From: a virus
Length of the DNA: 64,000 nt
Strand: one strand, 5' to 3'
IMG/VR virus record: IMGVR_UViG_3300035698_013362
Coordinates: 18,919 to 82,918 of that record
Part shown: one piece after another, positions 57,237 through 64,000 of the stretch
Position numbering within the stretch: the first letter of the stretch is position 1
Layout: each line of letters begins with the position of its first letter
Made by a program: the position numbers and the translations under genes
Notes under the pieces: generated by a model
Seen by the model: only the letters and a program-made list of their open reading frames with translations
The model's database searches: none
Told to the model about the DNA's origin: nothing

Positions 57237-57668
57237 TTATCTTTTCCTTCTCTTCATTGAACTAGTACGCTTACGCATGCTGCGCTTACGCTTACGGTTC
57301 ATTGCAGCTTTCTTGCCGCGCTTCTTTTTAACTGCTTTACGCTGGCCTTTCTTACGCTTACGAGTTTCCTGTGGTTTCATACGAACTTCACGAGGACGTC
57401 CATTAACGAGCTGAACACGATAACCCGGTTTAGTTGATTTGAATTTAACCATACGTTTGCCATTACGAACAACTCGGGTACGCTTGATGGCTTCATCAAT
57501 AATGTCTTCATCGATATCTTCGTCCATATCAACTTCTTCTTCTGGAGCGAATCCTGACCATTCATCATCCCAATCGTCATCTCCACCTAATTCGGCTTCG
57601 AGTTCACTAAGCGACATATAAATATCATCGATTATCTCTTGTGCTACTTCTTCTACAAATAATTCCAT
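57237..57668 (-). CDS. gp68: prohead core protein gp68-like
   Basis: Acidic N-terminus, IDE site, then an R/K-rich C-terminus (RKRKRSMRKR). Confidence 0.7.
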   Translation of the reverse strand: MELFVEEVAQEIIDDIYMSLSELEAELGGDDDWDDEWSGFAPEEEVDMDEDIDEDIIDEAIKRTRVVRNGKRMVKFKSTKPGYRVQLVNGRPREVRMKPQETRKRKKGQRKAVKKKRGKKAAMNRKRKRSMRKRTSSMKRRKR

Positions 57669-57694
57669 TTTATTACCTCAAAGGTATTTATACT

Positions 57695-57727
57695 AAAAAA
57701 GCGACCAGATATACTGATCGCTTTTTT
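57695..57727. terminator. terminator
   Basis: AAAAAAGCGA.CAG-loop-CTG.TCGCTTTTTT. Confidence 0.75.
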
Positions 57728-57747
57728 AAATTTAACGAAGACAAAGC

Positions 57748-58146
57748 TTACTTCTTACACTTTTCATCTTTAGTTTCTTCTTCGTCATCTTTCTTGTCAT
57801 CGTCTTTCTTATCAGAATCTTCGGAATCATCTTTCTTGTCATCATCTTTCTTATCAGAATCTTCAGAATCATCTTCCTTGTCTTCTTTGTCGTCGTCTTT
57901 CTTATCATCTTTCTTAGCAAAAGGATTTTCTTTAGCTTCGATTACATGATCTTCTGATTCAACAAGATCTTTAAGAGACATAACGATGTCGTCCTGGCCT
58001 TCGCATTTAAGAGTTACCTTAGCATCAAGCGTATCAGTATCAAATGATTCAACGGTGTAAGTATTTTCTTCAAATGTGATAGAAGATTCTTTGGAAATAA
58101 CGTTTAGGTTTTCCATGATTTCAACGAATTTTTCTGCAGTTTTCAT
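57748..58146 (-). CDS. prohead core protein gp67-like (D/K/E low-complexity tail)
   Basis: KKDDDKKDDSEDSD repeats; adjacent to gp68-like; late promoter 58209-58216. Confidence 0.5.
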   Translation of the reverse strand: MKTAEKFVEIMENLNVISKESSITFEENTYTVESFDTDTLDAKVTLKCEGQDDIVMSLKDLVESEDHVIEAKENPFAKKDDKKDDDKEDKEDDSEDSDKKDDDKKDDSEDSDKKDDDKKDDEEETKDEKCKK

Positions 58147-58258
58147 AATATGTATTCTCCGGTAAGTTATTAGGCTTCTTTGCCTTGTATATTTTGTGTC
58201 AACGTTATTATTTATCAGTTTTTTTCTATAATAATCTAACGAAAAATAGAGAGTTTAT

Positions 58259-58783
58259 ATGCAATTTACAAAAACACGAGAAGTAAAATCACCTTGTAGA
58301 GCTAATGCTACTGATGCTGGAATGGATTTCTTCGTTCCTACTGATTTAAATATTAGTGATGTTTGTGATAAGAATAAGAATAGTGAGGTTGAAGCAGTAA
58401 TTGACTTCAGAGGTGATAATCAAAACATCGGTAGCTTTATATTGCCTCCTCAAGAGCGAGTTTTGATCCCCTGTGGCATCCATGTTAAGGTTCCAGAAGG
58501 TCATGCACTTATCCTTTTTAATAAGTCAGGAGTCGCTACTAAGCTTGGTCTTGACATTGGTGCCTGCGTAGTTGATGAGCCATACACGGGTGAGGTTCAT
58601 ATCAACTTGATTAATACAACATCGAAACCTGTCACAATAGAAGCCGGACAGAAGATTGTTCAAGGCTTGATTATTCCTATCAACTATTCAATGCCAGACG
58701 AAGTTAAAGATCTTGATACCTTGTATAAAGATTTTGAATCGACTCGTGGTGCTGGTGGTTTTGGATCAACAGGAGTTAAGTAA
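58259..58783 (+). CDS. dut: trimeric dUTPase
   Basis: DAGMD, KSG, VVDEPYTGE, KIVQ, RGAGGFGSTG. Confidence 0.96.
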   Translation: MQFTKTREVKSPCRANATDAGMDFFVPTDLNISDVCDKNKNSEVEAVIDFRGDNQNIGSFILPPQERVLIPCGIHVKVPEGHALILFNKSGVATKLGLDIGACVVDEPYTGEVHINLINTTSKPVTIEAGQKIVQGLIIPINYSMPDEVKDLDTLYKDFESTRGAGGFGSTGVK

Positions 58784-59256
58784 TGATTTGCCCTAACTGT
58801 AAAAATCAACTCCCTAATCGATGGGATGACCATTGTCCACATTGTATAAAGATCCAGAAGATGGATCGTTTCTATATGGATATTGCAGTTAGGGCTTCTG
58901 AACTTTCTCATGGAAAGCGATTACAGGTTGGAGCTGTTCTAGTCAAAGACAATAATATTTTGTCCTTTGGCTGGAACGGTACGCCTCCTGGTTTTGATAA
59001 CTGTTGTGAAACAGATGATAATGCTACTAAGCCTGAAGTAATTCATGCTGAAGTTAATACCCTCGCTAAAGTAGCAAGAACAACTGGGAATGCTTTAAAT
59101 TCAACATTATACCTAACTGATTCACCTTGCTATGATTGTTGTAAGCTTGTAATTCAATCAGGAGTCAAACGGGTAGTATATCTATGTGAATATCGTATTA
59201 CAGACCCAATTGACTTCATGCGGCGAGCAGGGATTATTGTCGTACAACTGGTTTAG
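58783..59256 (+). CDS. cd: dCMP deaminase
   Basis: VGAVLV, GWNGTP, HAEVN, SPCYDC. Confidence 0.95.
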   Translation: MICPNCKNQLPNRWDDHCPHCIKIQKMDRFYMDIAVRASELSHGKRLQVGAVLVKDNNILSFGWNGTPPGFDNCCETDDNATKPEVIHAEVNTLAKVARTTGNALNSTLYLTDSPCYDCCKLVIQSGVKRVVYLCEYRITDPIDFMRRAGIIVVQLV

Positions 59257-59617
59257 TTACATCAATAGTGTATTTACCCCAGTCATAATTTTCCGATACT
59301 ACATCTAGAATATTGTCAACTAGAAGTATAGCATCTATTTCGCCTTCGGTACGAGGGGTTACATCTGGGATCCTAATACTATATTCAGATTCACGTACAA
59401 AATCAAATTCTGCTCCAATGTACATCGCGTCAAGAATAACTTCGTTATTGAACATACCAGATGGTCCAGATAGATAAACTGATCCAGAGGCTGGAATGTT
59501 TAGTCCATTTAAGAAAACGTCATATGTTCCACTGACTACCATCTTAGGCGGTCTTAATCCTAATGCTTTAGGTTTAACACTGAATATTACTCTATCTTTG
59601 TCGTGTTGATATGACAT
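59234..59617 (-). CDS. hypothetical late protein
   Basis: AATAAATA 5 nt upstream of the ATG. Confidence 0.65.
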   Translation of the reverse strand: MSYQHDKDRVIFSVKPKALGLRPPKMVVSGTYDVFLNGLNIPASGSVYLSGPSGMFNNEVILDAMYIGAEFDFVRESEYSIRIPDVTPRTEGEIDAILLVDNILDVVSENYDWGKYTIDVTKPVVRQ

Positions 59618-59621
59618 ATAC

Positions 59622-60437
59622 TTATTTATTTAATGTTGTTCTGGTTTCTAACGGTGTAGATATTTTTATGTTATGCATCATTGCGATAGCATGAGACCTA
59701 TTTATTAGGCTTCTATTTGTTGCATATTCTCCCTTCTTCATATACAGATTATCTTCTAAACCTAATCTAATATTTCCACCCATGATCATTGCAGCGCTTG
59801 TCATAGGCAATTGATGTTTACCAACTGCTCCGCACGCCCACGGACCTGCAGGTAAGGAGTCAACTAAAGCAGAAAGATTTCGGATAGTTGGAGCAGTAGA
59901 GAACTTGGTTCCAAGTATTACATTTGTATAATATTTACCTATTAAATCGTTATCCACTAGATGGTGTAACATAGCAGACATATTCAAGTCGAATATCTCA
60001 ACTTCAGGCATAATTCCCTTTTCCTTCATCATAGCAGCTAGGTCCATTATCATTTTAGGATCATTAACTGAAGCTTGGGTAGGGAAGTTGATAGATCCAA
60101 GAGTTAAACTAGCTAAATCTGGTTTAGCTAATCCCCGTAACTCAAGAACCTGAGATCTTTGTTTGAATTCCTTGAAGGTTCTACCTGACGTAGATGCACA
60201 GATGAGCACAGAGGGATCATATGATCTAATACCTAATATAATATCTTCGTAGACAGACTTATCGTATGAGGCGCAACCCTGCTTATCCCTTGCGTGTACG
60301 TGGATAATTGATGCGCCGGCCTCTATGCAATTGACTGAACTCTGTATAATTTCAGCAACAGACATTGGAATGTATGGATTATCTTCCTTAGAAGATACCA
60401 TTCCTGTTACTGCTGCACATATTATTAACTTATCCAT
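59622..60437 (-). CDS. beta-keto acid cleavage enzyme (BKACE/Kce, DUF849)
   Basis: II.AAVTG, NP.IP, AGASIIHVHAR, STSG, ASL..GS.NF, PE.E.FD, GGNIRLGLEDNLY. Confidence 0.93.
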   Translation of the reverse strand: MDKLIICAAVTGMVSSKEDNPYIPMSVAEIIQSSVNCIEAGASIIHVHARDKQGCASYDKSVYEDIILGIRSYDPSVLICASTSGRTFKEFKQRSQVLELRGLAKPDLASLTLGSINFPTQASVNDPKMIMDLAAMMKEKGIMPEVEIFDLNMSAMLHHLVDNDLIGKYYTNVILGTKFSTAPTIRNLSALVDSLPAGPWACGAVGKHQLPMTSAAMIMGGNIRLGLEDNLYMKKGEYATNRSLINRSHAIAMMHNIKISTPLETRTTLNK

Positions 60438-60849
60438 TCTTCCATTTCAAAAGATCACAGGTTAGAACTGTAGCAGTTCTAAATTTTCTTACAACTGAAT
60501 AACCAAAATGCTTAATATACCATTCTGCAGCGCTATTACTTATAGTTCCTGTGTGTATATGGGTATGACTATCTTCAATAGCCATATTCATTCTCATAGT
60601 TTGGAGTTCTTTACCTATTCCATGTTCCCTGTAATCATCAGATACGAACAAATAAGTGGTAGATGGAGACGATTTAATAATATCATATCCTGCAGCACCT
60701 ATAATTTTTTCATTATCTTTAGCAACGCAATAGTATCCACTATCGAGGATATCAATGGTTGTACCATCAACTAAAAGACCTGAAGATTCATAGAATGCAA
60801 ATACTGCTTCCTTATCTTCTACATTTAATTTTTCATATTTAATATTCAT
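60430..60849 (-). CDS. GNAT N-acyltransferase
   Basis: LFVSDDYREHGIGKEL motif A; A..WY...FGY. Confidence 0.85.
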   Translation of the reverse strand: MNIKYEKLNVEDKEAVFAFYESSGLLVDGTTIDILDSGYYCVAKDNEKIIGAAGYDIIKSSPSTTYLFVSDDYREHGIGKELQTMRMNMAIEDSHTHIHTGTISNSAAEWYIKHFGYSVVRKFRTATVLTCDLLKWKNG

Positions 60850-60857
60850 AATTTTCC

Positions 60858-62126
60858 TTAGAATAATGTTATTGCAAATGTCTTTAATACGCCACCAACG
60901 TTAGCACTGATAACTAAGTCATCACCAACCACATTAAATGCGAATTTACCTGCTTCGTCAAGGTCTGTTAAATCAGGATTAGCTGCAACTGGGTGAGTAA
61001 GAACACCATCAGCTTTAAGAGCAACTTTATTTGTTGCAGTAGTACCAATTTCTAAAGTGTTTGCTACTCCGTTTGTTACTCCATTACCAATTGCGATTCC
61101 GCCATCTTCATTGGCAAAACATCCGTATCCTATTGATATTGAATTTATACCACCGGCTCTACATCCATTACCGACTGCAACCGCACCGTCTGCGCTAGTA
61201 GCACATGTGATACCTATTGCACAAGAAAGACCATATGCTTTAACATAAGAATCTACCTGATTGAAGTATCCAATAGCTACACTTGAAATGTCATTAACTA
61301 AGTTACCTACTCCTATGGATACTGCATTATCTCCAGACGCCACATTCGTATTACCAACTGCAACTGCCGCTAATCCAAACGCTGAGTTACGAACATTAAC
61401 CTTTAATCCGTCTGTATAACCTGCACCGATGGCTACAGCTCCTTCACCACTAGTTTCATTGTGATAACCTATAGCAACTGAAGATAATCCTTCTGTTCTA
61501 TTTGCATTACCGACCGCAGTAGAATCATCAGCACCTGCTAGATTTCTTACACCAAATGCAACGGAGCTATCCCCACTTGCAACTTGTGTAATAAACTCTC
61601 GTTCCGATTGTATATCTAAGGCATCTTGTCCTCTGGCATCACCTGTTTTGTCACCACCAACCATACCGACACCAATGGTTTCAAGCATTTCAGGAGATCC
61701 ACCTTCTACTATAGCCCATGCAGCATCAATACGAGCATATTGCTTACTATCTTCAGGAGCTTCTTCGACTCCCGCAGGAGCATCTTCTAAAGTTGTAATG
61801 CGAGTTTCATGGTTTCCAATAGATGTAGTATTGTTTCCGATATCAGTTTCATTCTGTTCAACACGTGGTTCAAGATCTGTACCTTGATCTACTATGGCCC
61901 AATCACCATCAATACGAGCATATTGTTCGTTATCCTGAGGGGCTTCTTCAATACCTCCACCTCCACCTGGATTTTCTTCTAAAGTAGTGATACGAATTTC
62001 ATGATTATTGATGTCGTTAGAGTTCTGAACGATACCAGTATTATTAGCAGCGATATTGCCTTCCATAGTAGAAGATCTATCTAAAATTTCCTGAATCTCA
62101 GGAGTAGTTTGTCTTACTTTTCCCAT
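60858..62126 (-). CDS. trimeric fibre: coiled coil, two foldon-like motifs, YadA-like head repeats
   Basis: EEAPQDNEQYARIDGDW and EEAPEDSKQYARIDAAW; ~14-aa ASG..SVAIG repeats. Confidence 0.8.
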   Translation of the reverse strand: MGKVRQTTPEIQEILDRSSTMEGNIAANNTGIVQNSNDINNHEIRITTLEENPGGGGGIEEAPQDNEQYARIDGDWAIVDQGTDLEPRVEQNETDIGNNTTSIGNHETRITTLEDAPAGVEEAPEDSKQYARIDAAWAIVEGGSPEMLETIGVGMVGGDKTGDARGQDALDIQSEREFITQVASGDSSVAFGVRNLAGADDSTAVGNANRTEGLSSVAIGYHNETSGEGAVAIGAGYTDGLKVNVRNSAFGLAAVAVGNTNVASGDNAVSIGVGNLVNDISSVAIGYFNQVDSYVKAYGLSCAIGITCATSADGAVAVGNGCRAGGINSISIGYGCFANEDGGIAIGNGVTNGVANTLEIGTTATNKVALKADGVLTHPVAANPDLTDLDEAGKFAFNVVGDDLVISANVGGVLKTFAITLF

Positions 62127-62187
62127 TGTTTATTCCTTAAGCGTCTTCGCCTGTTATAATATGAATATCGTCGGCTGGAACAACTAG

Positions 62188-62913
62188 TTAGTCTTCGCCA
62201 TCAATTAAATAATTTCCATTATCACCATATATTGATTCAAATAACGCCGTAGGATCACCCGTAGCGTAATAATCAGTTATTATTGTCTGTATCTCATCTG
62301 TTCTATCCTTACGGCCATCTCCGTCCGTCAGGGCTGACCCTGGGAATAACCAAGACTTAAATATAAATGAAGTAGTTGAGGTAATTCGTTGTTTTGATTC
62401 ACCGTCGTATTCTATTGAATCATATTCAGTTGTTATCTGTCCATCCCAAATAACTTGACTCTTCAAAGTCTCTTCAGTATATGGATGTTTCCATGCAATA
62501 TAAAAGTTAGGCATTGAGAATGGAATGAAGTTCTGCATAATTTGTTCATCATCTGATGGATATATTGAGAAGATTGACAACTCGAATTGAATATCAATAG
62601 GAATAGGCTGATTGAGTGTATGATCAATAATATGATCTTGTTCAACTAACTTATTGTTATTGAAGTTGAATAAACGCTCGTTATCAACAGCAAACCCTGT
62701 TCTAGCAAAGGCCATAACAGGAAATGCTACATTCTTCTTTCTATCAGTTATCTCTTTCAATGCAATAGACTTAGCTGCATATTTAATTGGTACCTTAATA
62801 GTATTTGTAATTTCAGTTGCCCCATTAAAACGATGTATCTCAATATTATTCAACACATCTTTGAACTGTGCCGTCGCTATTAGTAGTTCTTTGTTGTATG
62901 AATAAGTTTTCAT
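62188..62913 (-). CDS. gp15: tail sheath stabiliser gp15
   Basis: F...LNNIEI.R, IKVPIKYA.K, P.MAF, PIP.DI.FELSI, D..QI.Q...P, F..K.WLF. Confidence 0.9.
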   Translation of the reverse strand: MKTYSYNKELLIATAQFKDVLNNIEIHRFNGATEITNTIKVPIKYAAKSIALKEITDRKKNVAFPVMAFARTGFAVDNERLFNFNNNKLVEQDHIIDHTLNQPIPIDIQFELSIFSIYPSDDEQIMQNFIPFSMPNFYIAWKHPYTEETLKSQVIWDGQITTEYDSIEYDGESKQRITSTTSFIFKSWLFPGSALTDGDGRKDRTDEIQTIITDYYATGDPTALFESIYGDNGNYLIDGED

Positions 62914-62914
62914 T

Positions 62915-64000
62915 TTATTTAATAAACTTCATTTTATCGATCACTGTAACGTTTGTGTCGGTGACATGTCTGTCAACAATAATGTTATCGTCTGTGCGGT
63001 TTAATGCAAGCAAATCGTTAAATGACATATCTAAACCTCTACCATAATCGTCAATTATTCCAGGTTTCTTATATGATAATATATTAGGGACGGACGGAAA
63101 ACTTGTATTAGATGAGCTGCCCCAATATGCATTACTACATGGATAATCAGTATATTGAAGCCTGTGCGCTAATCCACCATCATCACCGCTACCTAATCCC
63201 GCCATAATTCTCCAACGTGATTCAGGAGCATAGTAAAAACAATACCCTGGGCGAGGATCAAGTGGATCTGCAGGATCATGATAATAATATGGACGGTTGT
63301 TGTATATTCCGGCATATGTGTAAATACCGGCAGGGGTGTTATCTAGTCCTACATCCAATTCCATTTCCGTGAGAATTACGGATGTTATTTTCATTTTGAA
63401 ATCTAAATCAGCGCTATTATGCAATATTCCGTCTTTACACGGAGGATATTTCAATGGTTTATGCGATACAGCGTCTACGAATATTCCAGAAGGATCTTCT
63501 ATTCTGTCCCAACATGTTGTTATGTCAGGGGTGACGATCTGCCAATCATTTCCCGCAAGTAAATCAGGCAATATGAAACTGTTTCCTACAACGTTTTCCA
63601 TATCTAATTGAACAAGCGGTGCCTTTTTTGATTCGAATGAGAAAATACGGCATTTACAACTTTGGTTAAAAATACCAATATTTGTAACTTCAGGATCTTC
63701 CATGCCAAAAGTGGCCCTATCTGCGTTGAATGAATCAAATGAAGTGAATACATAATGGTCAGCATCATCAATATCAAAATGCCACGCACCGGCATTAGGG
63801 GTATACATTTTTATGTTGTAAGTAGTATTTGGCTTAATTCCGTTTACTGTTGCGCTTGCCACTTTAAGGTCTCCAGTATTAACTCTGCATATGATCGAGC
63901 CTGTTGATTTTTTATAATGGATAGAATAATGATTTGAATCCTCTTGATACGGTCTGCCTGCTGAAAATATCACAGTATCGTCAAAGTCTTGATCTGACTG
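62915..64000 (-). CDS. virion structural protein, 5'-truncated by the window edge
   Basis: Frame is open to position 64000; shares a G.Y...G..N.RP module with the 17239-19338 product. Confidence 0.6.
   Translation of the reverse strand, partial: QSDQDFDDTVIFSAGRPYQEDSNHYSIHYKKSTGSIICRVNTGDLKVASATVNGIKPNTTYNIKMYTPNAGAWHFDIDDADHYVFTSFDSFNADRATFGMEDPEVTNIGIFNQSCKCRIFSFESKKAPLVQLDMENVVGNSFILPDLLAGNDWQIVTPDITTCWDRIEDPSGIFVDAVSHKPLKYPPCKDGILHNSADLDFKMKITSVILTEMELDVGLDNTPAGIYTYAGIYNNRPYYYHDPADPLDPRPGYCFYYAPESRWRIMAGLGSGDDGGLAHRLQYTDYPCSNAYWGSSSNTSFPSVPNILSYKKPGIIDDYGRGLDMSFNDLLALNRTDDNIIVDRHVTDTNVTVIDKMKFIK

Noticed and set aside
57770-57915. Short tandem repeats as a CRISPR-like array
   Set aside because: They are codon-level D/K/E low-complexity repeats inside a CDS, with no spacers or cas genes.
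429-63795. Many short antisense or alternate-frame ORFs in the ORF track
   Set aside because: They are shadows of well-supported genes, with no SD, promoter or recognisable motifs.
1-64000. Stop-codon reassignment (in-frame TAA/TAG in a few genes)
   Set aside because: Core genes are full length in code 11, TAA ends most genes and TAG ends gp14 and the Hint-preceding operon neighbours normally; the internal stops are sporadic.

Overview
AT-rich 64 kb segment of a large T4-like (Tevenvirinae-related, probably jumbo) myovirus genome in which the T4 core modules are heavily shuffled and switch strand often. Replication/recombination genes: split NAD-dependent ligase, RNase H, EndoVII, gp46/47, UvsY/UvsW, gp44, dUTPase and dCMP deaminase. 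Transcription genes: two sigma factors, gp55 and a sigma70-like protein. Structural and packaging genes: baseplate/tail (gp5, 5.4, 6, 7-like pieces, 25, 26/51, 27, 29, 48, 53, 54), neck/tail (gp3, 13, 14, 15, 18, 19), terminase (gp16/17), gp4 and gp67/68-like. Accessory genes: glycosyltransferase, BKACE/Kce plus GNAT, a 2H phosphoesterase, DUF932 and Seg-type endonucleases. Best observations: (1) nine otherwise unrelated proteins share an N-terminal M-x(2,3)-I-[YFA]-E-[SA]-Y leader followed by an xxE cleavage-like site, a likely capsid-targeting signal whose cargo includes an Acb1-like 2H phosphodiesterase; (2) eight late genes have the late promoter ATAAATA exactly 5 nt before the ATG with no SD, implying systematic leaderless mRNAs; (3) three promoter classes fit a two-sigma cascade; (4) a -1 frameshift gp26/gp51 chaperone pair precedes the tape measure gene; (5) a split ligase, a stand-alone degenerate Hint domain and a BKACE-GNAT acylation pair are present; (6) accessory genes are selectively decayed. 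All calls come from motif recognition and synteny by eye; no database searches were run.
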